Shown: positions 25,729-38,156, numbered from the stretch's first letter. The stretch is 64,000 nucleotides of DNA from Geosiphon pyriformis uo1 (GCA_016748015.1 JAAOMT010000741.1:186001-250000); one strand, 5' to 3'. The notes: generated by a model from the letters alone, not told the origin. Translations and numbers: made by a program.

Positions 25729-26707
25729 TGTTACCAGACAAAATTAGAGATATTATTTAGCATAAAATTATCTTATAAATCCTATCATTAATTAGCATAT
25801 ATTATCATTTTAAATTATCACTTATTACATTAGCAAAATGTCCAAAATTATCATTTAATTAATAACCCAATTTGTACACAACACAAATGTAATTTAATTG
25901 CGATGATCAAATCATGCAATACCCTGAACTATGTAACATTCAAAAGTTCGCCGAAATTTGTAGAAATTCACCAAAATAATTGATAGTTCACCGAAATATC
26001 TAATAGTTCACAGAAATAACTTGTAGTTTGCCGAAATGTATCTTTAATTCAGTAAAATTGTAAAAAATAGCAAAGTTTAAGTTTATAGAATAGTGTTACG
26101 ACAAGTTGTATAAAAGAAGAGCATCTCTCTTCAAGAAAATGTATCTTACTTTAGATTTATCACTTAGAACCATTCCTACACCCACACAAAAAGAAATAAA
26201 TATCAAATAATTTAAAAAACCAAATTCTTTAAATTATTGTACTTGGAAAATCCTCAAAAACCCAACTAACGTTTTGAAATTGATTAGCTACCAATTTCAG
26301 TAAACTGTTAGTGACTCCAGGTCTGGATAGAAAACGTTTCTCTTGACAAAATTCTATTTCTTTTACATTTCTTTTATTTTTTTCTTTTCTTATTACAATC
26401 ATTAGGGTAGCCTGCAGACAAGATTCCTGTAAAAGAGTTGACTTTTACAGCAAAGTAACTATACATTTTAGTGAGCTTCCAGACGAGCAATTCCTGAGAA
26501 AGAGTTGACGTTTACTACAACGTAACTACATAAAGTAACTGGCGAGGAATTGGCCATTTCACTTATAAGCCCAGCAGTTCAAATTATAGAAGATAATTTG
26601 AAGATAAATTCAGTTATTGGAGGTTTAACTACTTCTAGAAAATGTAAATTCACAACAAACAGACATTAACAACATTCAAGAAAAGAGACCAAAAACCTCT
26701 GGTAACA
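25729..26707 (+). mobile_element. Solo LTR of a second family nested in the Gypsy element
   Basis: Ends TGTTACCAGA...TCTGGTAACA (10-bp inverted repeat), exact 4-bp TSD TCAT, TATAAAAG at 26109 and AATAAA at 26195. The host gag-pol sequence resumes on both sides. Confidence 0.8.
25945..26058 (+). repeat. 20-bp-period array of AGTTC(A/G)CCGAAAT-like motif (5-6 units) in LTR U3
   Basis: Units start at 25945, 25965, 25985, 26005, 26025 and about 26046. Confidence 0.85.
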
Positions 26708-29387
26708 TCATCTTCAGTTCACAAAACTTAATAGGCTTCTTAAATAGATTTTTTTTCTTTTTTAAACTTAATTAGTGATAATTAGATAGTGGTGTTTGTT
26801 TTAAAGTGGCTGTAGGTAGTAAATATTTAAGTTTGCTAACTATTTTGATTAAACTATAGCTTTTGTATAGTTCAGTTGAATATAGTATTGGTTTTAGACA
26901 ACTAGTTATTACCAATAAAAACTTGGTACTATATGGCTTTTATTATAAAAACTTTAATGGATGTCATAATGCCATTGACTTTAAATAAGAAGTTGTTAAT
27001 TTTGCTAATATGAGTTTTTGTTATTCTATCAGCAGTAATAATTTTGGTGCTGGCAGCACAATTAATTCAGTAACCTAATTGGTCTATGAGTTGTTGTGTA
27101 ATAATACTGTCTGCTGAATCACTATTAAATATTAGTTTAATAGAATGGCCATCAATTTTGACATTTGTATATATTACTATAATGAGTTTAGCATTGAAAA
27201 CGGTTTTATTGAATAGAAATGTCTTTGATTGATCTTTTAATTTAAATAAAAATATGGCTGTAAGTAATTTATTCTCAGTGATAATTGCTGGTAAAATGTT
27301 GTTGGTAAGTGGTGTTTTTGGGCTTTTCAAGTTATTGAATAAGTTGTTTTCTGGAATAAACAAAAGACTTAAATAGTTTTGAGAATTCAGATTTTGAGTG
27401 TACCTATTTTCTAAACTCTACTAACATGATCTTAATAGTTGATTTAATGAACTGAAGATCAGTTGGTGTCTTACTATTGCTAATTGTCAGTTTTGTTAAA
27501 TATATATAATTCTTGATCTTTAATTTCCAGTTGCTATTTAAGCTAAATTTTGAAATAATATTTGAATTAGTTAGATTTGATAAATTACTTATGGCTATAG
27601 TTAATAAATTATTTGTGGCTATGGTTAATAGATTACTGATATTGAAGTTTAATAAACTGGAGATACATATATTGGTTGTTGTATTATTGAGATATAATAA
27701 GGGTAGTATTAATATTATTCTTAATTTGGTGTGTAATTTGAAGTTTGAAATTTGCAATCAGAGTTTTAATATTGATTTCTTGATTGTTAATTATTAAATT
27801 TAGAACAGTAATCTGCTTTTTAAATAGTTTTGTTTACCATAATAATAACAATTATGCATTTTTTGTTGTTATGGTTGATTTGCTAATGATGAATACAATT
27901 GATTTTGAAAATAATTGAAGTTTTCTTAATTGTTGTAATGTTGTGGAGGCTGATAAATTGTTTGATTGCTAGCTAAGTATCTTTTTAATTTCTGGTTAAT
28001 GTTGGTGCTGATTTTTTGTTAAATTATACTTTACAAAAAACATCAAATATTACAAATAATTATTTAAGATGTTAAAACAAATAACAAATTTGTAACTTGG
28101 TGCTTAATAACTAGTAATGTTGGTAATTTTTAAAGATTTTGAAGTCTAAAGGTTTTGGTTGAGTTTTTTGTATAATAAACAGAGATTTAATTAATGGTTT
28201 CTTTTGTGAATTTTTTTTTCCAGCATAATAGCTAATTTATTCTAAGAGTTATGCTCTTTTAATAAGTTATTCTTAAATTTCTACTCTTATTTCCAGGTCT
28301 TTTACCAGATTATTTTTAACATCAAATACTTAATGCTTAATTCTTTTAATCAATTAATAAACAATAAAATAATAAAATAAAAAAAATAAAAAAAATAAAA
28401 AAAAATAAAAAATAAAAAATTAGTATCTTATTAATAGTCATAATTAAGAGCTATTAATCTAGTGTGAGTTAAGTTTTGAATTTTATCAACATAAAATGTT
28501 GATAATATAGAAGTGATTAATATTCTTAATCAAATAATAATAACATGAATTCTGATAATAATAAATAATTTTATTAATATAGAAATAATTCCACTTTAAA
28601 TTATAGAAAACTATCTTTTGAAGAAAGATATATTGTTTTAAATTAATATGAACTTTATTGAATTCTTTTGGAATTATTTTTTCTGCTTTTAATACTTTTG
28701 TTATATATATATAATTTATATTATACAAGATCTCACATTTTTTTGAACAATATGCCCTATTTTTTTTAACAATATACTCATTGCTGAGCAGTATGCCATA
28801 ATTTACTAACAATATACTTATTGTTAAGTAATGTGTCATAATTTTCTAATATTGTGCTTATTTGTTAAGTTTTATTCTCTTATTGATCTATTTTTTTATC
28901 TGTTTTTCCTACTTTGTTTCTTGTATTTTTCTATGAATAACAATATTTTTAATTATATTTAATTTAAAAATTAAAAAAACAACTTTAACTTTATTTTATT
29001 TTTAATATTAACATTAAAATTATGTACATTCAAAATTAATAGTAAAAATTTATATTGTTTAAATATTTATTTAAAAATTTACAAATTTATAATTATTAAA
29101 ATAAATAAATTTTAAAAAAAATTTTGTTTTATTAATTATAATTTAATAAATTGTATTTATTTTAAGTATTAAAACTTTTAAGCTTTTAATATATATATAT
29201 TGTTTTGCATACATGATGTAATACAACCATCAACTAGCCACCTGTTATATTTTAAACAATACCATTTAAGTTTTAATAAATTTTGTTATATTCAAACTTT
29301 TAATTATTATTATTATTGCATATAATTATATTATTTGATTAATAATTTTGATTGATTTAAAACATTTCAAAAGGTTCTCACCGTAAA

Positions 29388-31003
29388 ATGCGTCCAGATC
29401 AGTATAAGCAAGCGCAGGCAAGAAAATATCAAGGAAAACTTCGTGCGCGAGGAAATTCCACAGCAGCAAAAGAAGCTCATGAGAAATTTAGAAACCGTCA
29501 TGAAAAACAAAGAGGCTTTAAGAGCTCGTTAGACTCTTCCGAAGACGAAGCCGGACTAGAAAGCGAGAAAGAGTTAGGCGAGTTATTTTCTTCGGGATGG
29601 CATCTAGTTCAAATCTTGAAGGCTTTATAATAACACCTAGGTGACTTATGCGCAGATGGAACTCAGAAAGAATCTTTTAGCCGACGTAGAATCCAGAGTA
29701 ATGCTCATAGATATCAAGAGCAAGCTGAACAAGGTGACTTTTCCTACTGCACTTCAAACAGTCTTTTCATTTTCTAACTAATTTCACGAAAAAATTTAGA
29801 TGGTATATTGGCCAATGAGGACGGGATTGATTGGGAAACCAAAGAATTCTTGGATCTTATTAATGAGAGTGGTATTAATATGCTTTTTTCATGCAATTTT
29901 TTTTGTTTTACAATTAAGTCTTTTAACAATTCCTTTAAAATCAAAGATTTTAAATCTTTTGCACCTTCTTCTTATTTCCAATTTAAGGAGGAAAAGGAAT
30001 GGGATTCAGCCTCGACAAAAGCTAGTGATGGAGATGAGGTATAAAAGTTTACTGTATTTGATCTTATTTATTATTTTCATTTTAACGCAGTTGTTTTAGC
30101 AGGGTCTTGAAAACTTGATGAATGTTAGCTTTGATGATTTAGAATCATCTTTACACAGCGTGTCTTTATTTGAAAGACTGAATCTCCAACCTGATCTATC
30201 TTTGGTAAGCATAAAAATATGATTAAAATTTTTATTTTTTGAAAAGTTCAAATCTTTAAATTTCATTGTTGGTTAGGAAGCTCAAGAACCGCAGGCCAAT
30301 ATAAATTTTGCCAAACCGCTTGTTCCCAGGACGGTCAGGTTGGATCTTCGGAAAACCTTTGACGAAAAACAAGCTTCTCCTTCAATTCAGACTTTTTCAG
30401 CTGTAGAAAAGATAGAAAATCATAAAAATTCAACTGGACCGCAAAATGAGAAAATAGGTAAAATTTTGTAATGAATGTCATTTTGCCCAACTATTGCTAA
30501 TCAACATCTTGAATCTGAATATTAGGAAAAAAAGCAATTTCTAATTCATCCACAAGTCAACCATCGCCAGGTCAACCAGAACTTTATCTTGCCAATCATT
30601 ATCTTTTTCTGCTATTAAAACGGAACCTTTTATTCAACAGCAATACAGTTGCATAAGGTTTCAAATTTGCCCATGAACACTTCACCCAAATCAAAGCCAA
30701 AAGGAACGATTTCCAATTTACAATCTTCGAAACCGTCAAGATTTCAAGGCGAAGAAGATATCGACAATTTTTTAAAATCGATTGATGAAGGTAAATTCAC
30801 CTGGTATTGCCGCATTTTTTGAGATAGATATTAATTGAATAGGCAAAAAATTGACAGTTGAAAATAAGGCAACCCAATCACAGATTAAGACTATCGTTGG
30901 GAAAAATCGCGGTTCTTCAAATTTCCCTAACCCTAAAACTCCGGGTTTTCAATCGAAGAGCGAAATTAAAGAGGAGGATTGGCTGGATGATGTGCTTGGT
31001 TAA
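29388..31003 (+). CDS. Aven-like protein; multi-exon
   Basis: FSRRRIQSNAHRYQE, SSYFQFKEEKEWD and C-terminal EEDWLDDVLG* resemble the conserved Aven blocks (RRKIxSNWDRY, FRFAEEKEWD, LEDWLDSM). Confidence 0.65.
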
Positions 31004-31228
31004 GTTTTTTTTATTAAACTTTCGGGTTAATATTATAATTATTTAAAAGATAAGAGTACAAATTAATATTAACTTAAAAGTTTTCTTGTTTCAAAGGGTA
31101 AAGAGAAATAAATTAAATTAACTGATTTTTAGGAGATTATTAATTTACAATGGGAAGCATTTGTATAGCGTCTTTTCCGCCACTAGTAAGAAAATTCCAA
31201 CGAATGTCTTGATTGTGTTGAACATAAC

Positions 31229-32904
31229 TTAATACATATTTTTCCCTGCAACGCTTAGAGATTTTACTATTATATCGCAAGCTCGTTTATACGCCTTGAC
31301 GCTTCCTTTTTGTTTGACAAAGGAGAATTTCCCAACTTGCAGTTTGACATCAGAGTCATATATTATTATTTCAAATAGAGTAGTTTTTTCAGTAGGATTT
31401 TCATCTTTCTGAATGATTCGACGATAAACGCATTGAAGAGTTTTTGAATTCTTATATGTATAAGAAATTCCGTGCAGTTGACAAGCAGAAGCGACTATTG
31501 GTAAGATTTCGTTGATCGGGGTAGGACGACAAATAGTGTAATAATATGAAAATTTGTGAGAGCGTAGTTGGCGTAAAATGGAAAACCCGAATTTCAATTG
31601 TTGGTTCATATGAAATACATTTAATCCTATATCATGACAGGCCTCATTAATCGAGTCTGCTAATCGAGAATTACGAGTATTTTTTTGGTGAGCACAATAA
31701 GCAGTACGTTTAACAGTATAAAATGACTTCTGGTGAGCACGTTTTAACATGGAGTGAGGAGTTCCTGATGGATACAACCAGGGATCATTGTTCAAAATGT
31801 TGAGAGAGCAACGTTCCAACCCGTCGATATTTAATAATTTGCGGATGATGGATTGAAGGTGGGGACTCAAACGGTTTGGGATTCGATAACGACCATTGCA
31901 AATTTGATTTTTCAATTCTCCAACTGTGCAAGCTCTAAATGGATCACGACCGGTCACCATTCTATATAATAATACCCCAAGACACCAAATGTCTACCTCT
32001 GGACCCTTATATTTTGAGCCGCAAATAATTTCCGGAGAATAATATAACATTGAACCTTGAATTCAAAATGTGAAGAAATTTTTAAAGATTTAATCAAATA
32101 ACACAAATCATGATCCAAAAATCATCATAAACATACCACAAAGTGTCGTTAATCTTGAATCTTCACTATATTTATTTGCAAAACCAAAATCGGCCAATTT
32201 TACTTGACCTTCTTTGGTAATTAAAACATTCGGTGGCTAAGAAGAAAAAAATTCTATAAGCAATATTTCAAAAAAAGATAAAATAAAATAAAATAAGTTA
32301 CCTTAAGATCCCTATGTACAATATGATTCATGTGACAAAATCTCACAGCTTCTACCAATTGACTGAATATATTTCGTGCTTGAGCCTCTTCTATAAACCC
32401 TTGTTGAGATTCAAGGAAATTTTCTAGATTATAACCATCCACATGTTCCAATACCAAAAATACGGTATATTTCGTTTCGATCACTTCGTATAAGCGTATA
32501 ATGTTTGGGTGATTCAACTTTTTCAATAGAAAGGCCTCACGATATAGGCGCTTAAGAATTCTTTCATCATAGGCTGTCTTGTCTATAATTTTAATAGCAA
32601 CCTATTTGATGAGAGAGTAAAAGATAATGGATAATGAATTGTCATTTTGATTTTAATTTATTGAGATTTTTAAAGTCAAGATAATTACCTGCTCGCCTGT
32701 TGCAAAATGTACTGCTAAATTGACTTGACTAAACTTGCCTATCCCCAATGTCTTGATATATTGATACTCTCCAATTCCACTCAAGAGAATGTCGGGATTT
32801 TTATTTATATAGTCATGGAAATTGACGTCACGATATACACCAACTTGACCTTTTGGGCTAAAGATAGAGGCGGGTTTTACACTGTGTTGAGATTTTCCCC
32901 TCAT
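31229..32904 (-). CDS. CAMK-group Ser/Thr kinase (KIN1/MARK/SNF1-like) with KA1-like C-terminus; 4 exons
   Basis: LGIGKFSQV, VAIKII, HPNIIRLYEVIET, HRDLK|PPN, KLADFGF, TLCG|SMLYYSPE...YKGPEVDIWCLGV; C-terminal FEI..KGSVKAYKRAC. Confidence 0.88.
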
Positions 32905-33519
32905 TAAAAGTATTATGATTATAAGGAAAAATATGAAGGTTTTTTATAAGAATGTGGTAGGAAAAACAAATATATATATACATATAAGAGGGAGAGAAGA
33001 AAACTAGGAGATAAGAACAGATAAGGTTTAAACTGTGGTTTAAAATTTTCTGAAAAATTGCAATAATAAGATAATGGCCAAAAGGTGAGGGTGCAAAACA
33101 ATTAAAATTGGTCTAGTGTCTTTTTTCAAGTATACCATGTATATTTGCTACCAAGACTCTGGTTTTTGGGGAAGGGAAGGGGAGGGAAGGGAAGGGAAGA
33201 GAGTTTTGTTGGTTTAAAGACAACATACGTTGAAAATAAATTTTTACTTTATGGGAAAATAATTTTTTTTTTACGCGGACTAATTCGTGAAAAGGATAAA
33301 AAACGCGCGTATAATAACCCGTTTCGACCTGAAAAAACGTAAACCGCACTAAAAATTCAAATCATAAGACCTTCAAAAACTCAAAATTTACCAATAAGGT
33401 TAAGGAGGTTGAAATAACCTTTTCAGAATAAAAGTTTTAATTAAGGATGAAAAGAATTCGGCAAATCATATCGCTCTATCAGAGTTTTTACAATCGAATG
33501 AGTCACAATACCTAAAATA

Positions 33520-33660
33520 AATAATGAAATCGACGAGGCTATATTCCCATTTTGAGAAATCTCTCGTCGCCAACACTGAACAGTATTAAGGCTGGTGCCA
33601 TGATGCCAACCTGGTGGAGCAGTTTCCTCAAGAAATACCGATGTACCGCATTTATTGAAA
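33520..33660 (-). ncRNA. Candidate small structured RNA (run of hairpins)
   Basis: Four consecutive hairpins, GC-richer than the flanks, whose G-U pairs work only on the minus strand; family not recognised. Confidence 0.3.
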
Positions 33661-34022
33661 GCCAAAAAACACATAATTAACCAAATACTGCAAATAGTAG
33701 ATCAAGCATAGAGAATAGGCTAAAAACCATCAATAATGCGCAATTTTGGAAATGATTTTGAAACCAAACATCATTTCAGGTTTTATTTGTTTGGAGAATT
33801 TTTCCTTCAGATCTGATTTTGAATCAAGATTTTTCGATACAATAAAATTTCCAGAAACTTCATTCTTCATACGTAGACCAATGTATTAATTACTCTGCTC
33901 AAAGATCAAAAATGACTTTCTAGGTGAATCGGAACATTCCCAAATTCATATTTATGAACTTTCAAAATAAATATCTACGAAAAATATTTCCAATGTTGGA
34001 TTATGATTTGAATACAAAATGA

Positions 34023-37000
34023 TCATTCACGCTTCATTAGATTCTGTGTACATTTCCAAATCGTTATTGAAAGATCTTTATTTTTCAACCCTGGTATGGT
34101 ATGTTTCACAGGACGACAGGCGCAAACAGGAACCCCTTCATCAGCATCAACACGCATTACGTCGATACCACCGGCTAAAGCCGCTACACGAGGAAAGGAA
34201 GCATTCACCAAATCAGTTGCAAACTGATAATAAATATCAAAAAATGGTTAAAATTTTGACATTTCATCATGGAAAAGCATGTTTAGGAATAGAGCAACCA
34301 ACCTGTGGTCCTGAATCACCACGTTTAGCTAATACAACGTGATATTTTTTCTTTTGTTGTTTTAATGTAGAGGAGACGTGATCTAATTGAGAAGGGTTCA
34401 CGTTGAAGCTTAGCGGAAAATGGCCTCGAATGAATCTAATAAAATATTAAAGTTATATATCGAAAGAATTCCGATAATAAAAAGAAAAAAGAAACCTCCA
34501 TACTCTTCATCACGGCGAATATCAATGACTAAAACATAATTTTTCAATTTCACCAAATCTTTAAGAGAAATTCGAGGAGCGAGTTCGGATTTCTTAACTT
34601 CTACAGGTGTTGGTTGTTCCCACCATCGTTGATTTGGATGATCCTATAAAATATTTAACCTATTTATGAGCTTTCTCATTTTTTCTTAAAATCATCAATT
34701 GAAGAAAATTTTACCCACCGCTAATTGAAATTTCTTGTCATTGGATTGATGAGGTTTCGAATTTGGGTCATGGACACGATAAATCACGGAAGGAGGCGTT
34801 ACTTTGCACATTGAAAGTGCTGATTGTATGCATTTCTCAATATCAACCTCTGGAAACGATTCGGAAAAGATTAAGATACATTCGTTAAACTCCGATGATA
34901 GGAGGACTTCACGTAACTGGCGAAGAATCGAAATTCCTGTAAAGAGTGGAAGTGACGAAGGACCGACCAAGAGTTTATCCCAAAGGTGATAGGTCTTATC
35001 AAGAGGAAATACGTCTAGTCAACAAAATGTTGTTTTCAATTTTTTGATTAATAGATGACTATTAAAATTTTGAAGTGAATAGTGTTGATTCTTACGTGTA
35101 AATAATGTCAAAAACCATGGAATTGCATACAAGTCAGGCATAAATGCAATTTTGTTCAAATGACTCGACAATTCTGGGTCATGAAAGGATAATAGATGTC
35201 CAAATACGGCGAGATATTCTTGAATGACAGCAGAATTATCAAACAAAAACACATCCTTCAAATATTTTGGGATAAAAGTTTGCAAACAATTGAATGCTAA
35301 CGCTTCGTCATTGAAATTAAGCGTTAAAAAGGGAGCACATAATGAATCAAGCCCTATAAGAATGATGGGGAAATATTATTCAAAAGACCTCTGTGTTGAA
35401 TCCTTGCTTTTCGTTGCATTAGGAAACTATATTTACCTTGCCAATACACTAGTAACTTACTATTGGCAGTAACAAAACATTTTAACAATCGTCGTAATTT
35501 TTCGTGACCAACAGGCGAGGACAAGAGCTGATGATATTGATGGCACCTAGGTACGTCTTATTTGAAGGAAATGTTAATTTTTGAAACAAATTTTCCACGC
35601 AGAAAGGTAAAGATTCATATTTACCAACATCGATCTAGATAAGGGGCGAAAAATCATAAATAAGTTAAACCGTAGAAATGATTCAACATTGTGTTGAAAA
35701 TTCTTCTCACCTGACGATCAGTCGTTGTTTCTTTTTCGGTTTCTTTATCGTAAGCATCATATACCGCTTGATAATCACCACATACACCCAAAATAGCAGC
35801 CCATACTCTTCCTCGAAGAAAAGGTGGAATATCAACTTTGGCATGATTAATGATTTCATCTCTGGATGTCGGATATTCCCTCAATAATTCAGTGAATAAA
35901 GAAACTCGTTGGAATTGATACCCCACATCTTTTTCTCGAATCAATAAGGGCAATTTAACGTTGTTAGAAGAGGCTTGATTTTGTCCGTTATGATAGGATG
36001 ATAAGGTATCTTCAGAATTGGTAGATTCAGGAGAAAGATATTTCGTGATAAATTCATCATCTTGATTATCAAAACTGTTATTTCCACCACTCTCTTCTGC
36101 CATTGAGTCCACCAAAAAATTCAGGTCGTCCGTATCAACAACCAAGAAATAGTCTGTATCCCATTCAAAGGATTCTCTATTAGGTCCTGTGGCCATCTCT
36201 AATCTTTGTCGTAATTCTTTCAGTGATAATGTATAAATAGTATCGGAAAATAAATATGCCGTATCTTTCGATGTGCCTTCTTCTTTCCCATCAAGTACTT
36301 TAACAGTTCGGGGTATACGTTCAATTGGAGGTGTACTTAAAAGTAATCCTCGCTTGGCCAATTCAGATTCTACGTCACCTCCAGCTAATTTCCAAAAATA
36401 ATATATCTGGGATAATGGTATACAATGAAGCACATCTTCCTCTTTCTTGTAAGTATCGATTGGAATTATTGGATCCTTATTTTCATCAACATCATAAATT
36501 TGTGATTGAAGAAAAGGTTTTATCCACCAATACTTATAATTTTCGTGAATGCCTCCTTGTTTTTGATGAATTATCGAGAAAAATGGATGAGATAATAGTT
36601 GTTCCGGTGTACATCTGTCTGAAACCTTCACTTTAAGACAAGATCGGATGAATTGCCGAAAATCGGTGTATTGATCATCATCAGTAGATTGGAGAAATCT
36701 TATAATAGATTCATTAATATCCAACTGAAAAACAATATCACTATCCCATAATTCAGTTCCATCATCTCGTTTTTCGTCAACGCTAGGATGAAGACTCCAA
36801 AGTGACTCGAATATTTTTTCAATGTCCTTATCGTTTTCCTCCCAAAATGAAGACCCGGTAAATAATTCTGTCAAGATTACCCCTAGAGACCAAAGATCAA
36901 CCTGCCGGGGTAATGATTCGAAAAATGAATTTTCAGTAATTTTATGCGAAATAAACTTTTATCTGGAGACTAACCTTCCCAGTTGAAGTGGGAACTTCCA

Positions 37001-38005
37001 GAAAACGATATATAGCCTCGGGCGGCAAGTAATGAGGGTATCTTTTCCAAAAAAATTTGAGCAATATTTAACGACTGAAGACAATTGATTGATTGAATCT
37101 ATGAAGCCCGCTTAGGAACTTTACCGTCGTCTCTTTGTTGCTTTTATCTTACCCTATTGGAAAGTCGACATCTGCCCCATCATCGGTCATGTAGAAAAAG
37201 CCGAAGTCAGCCAATTTCACGTTTCCCTAAAAATTTGTATTCAAACCTCAAAAACTTTGATTTCATAAATTTGGGATCTTTCTTGTCACGTTAGTAATCT
37301 ACCTCGGCATCCAGCAAAATATTATGTGGTGCCAAGTTATGATGAGTCACATTGTTGTCATTCAAATAACTAAGAGCTTTCAAGATTTGAAATGCCCATT
37401 TCCGTATATGTTCAAATGGAACTCTGATGAAGAAAATGACAAGATTAAAATTGGTCGTTTATACGATAGAAAATATGAAGGCCGAGTATACCTTGAAATC
37501 TGATAATTTCCTTGTTCGTCAAGTTGATACAATTTACCAAGATGATCCTGATGATATTCAAATATGACAAATAATCGATCTTGATGATAGATAGATATAT
37601 TTTCTGATTAGAATTTTTAAGAAAATAAATTTTTCCAAAAGAAAAGTCAAAACCCTTATAAAAGTCTACTTCAAATAACCATGTTTTCCTTTGACAATTT
37701 CAATATAATCACAAAGATTCGGATGTATTAGTGTCTAAAAAGATGAAAAGTTGCAAATTTTCAAAATTTTGCTCGCTTTGGTTTGGTCTTTTAATTTGAG
37801 AAACTAGCCTCGAGGAATTGTAAAAAGATCATGCCTTTAAAAATTGAAAATGCCCAACTATTTCAGTTGTAGCTGGTGTCATTGGCAAACCGTTGTGACC
37901 AACTTTATCCTGAGTTCTTGTTGTAGCGAAAAAATTGCTAACTCCCAGTTGCACATCTTTTTGAACACTGGTACTAAGATCTTTATCGTTGGCGAAGGTT
38001 GCCAT
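34023..38005 (-). CDS. TBCK: TBC domain-containing protein kinase-like protein (pseudokinase + TBC Rab-GAP + rhodanese); multi-exon
   Basis: N-terminal [16 protein letters not shown]|[22 protein letters not shown]|[40 protein letters not shown]|IDV|[12 protein letters not shown]|[21 protein letters not shown]; rhodanese LAGGI. Confidence 0.93.
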
Positions 38006-38156
38006 TAATGATTTGTCGCCGAGAGGACAAGTTCATTCTCTCTAATCAGTTTTCATTTCACTTCAAACACGTGAAGATCTGATATCAGATAAATAGGGCA
38101 ATCCTCAAAAAAATTCTTTTGCCATTTAAATATATTGGTTGTCAACTTCAGTTAGC
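38006..38156. promoter_or_regulatory. 151-bp bidirectional promoter (TBCK/RRP43) with CACGTG E-box
   Basis: Head-to-head ATGs at 38005 and 38157; CACGTG at about 38068. Confidence 0.5.

Larger units (their letters stand above)
24172..28942 (-). mobile_element. Internally deleted Ty3/Gypsy-type LTR retrotransposon
   Basis: Direct LTRs 24172-25045 and 28048-28942 (TGTTA...TAACA, partly mutated) and 4-bp TSD ACAT/ATAT. PBS-like TTTGATG (from TTTGGTG) follows the 5' LTR; a purine tract lies at 25046-25060. Decayed retropepsin VIYTNVKIDGHSIKLIFNSDSADSIITQQL (DSG motif); no RT/integrase visible. Confidence 0.8.

Noticed and set aside
25945-26058. Repeat-spacer array as a possible CRISPR
   Set aside because: 13-bp degenerate core with 7-bp spacers inside a eukaryotic LTR; no cas genes
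30925-30936. CCCTAACCCTAA telomere-like or template-like sequence
   Set aside because: Only two units, inside the last coding exon of the Aven-like gene
33441-33674. 77-aa ORF
   Set aside because: No recognisable motifs; overlaps the hairpin cluster
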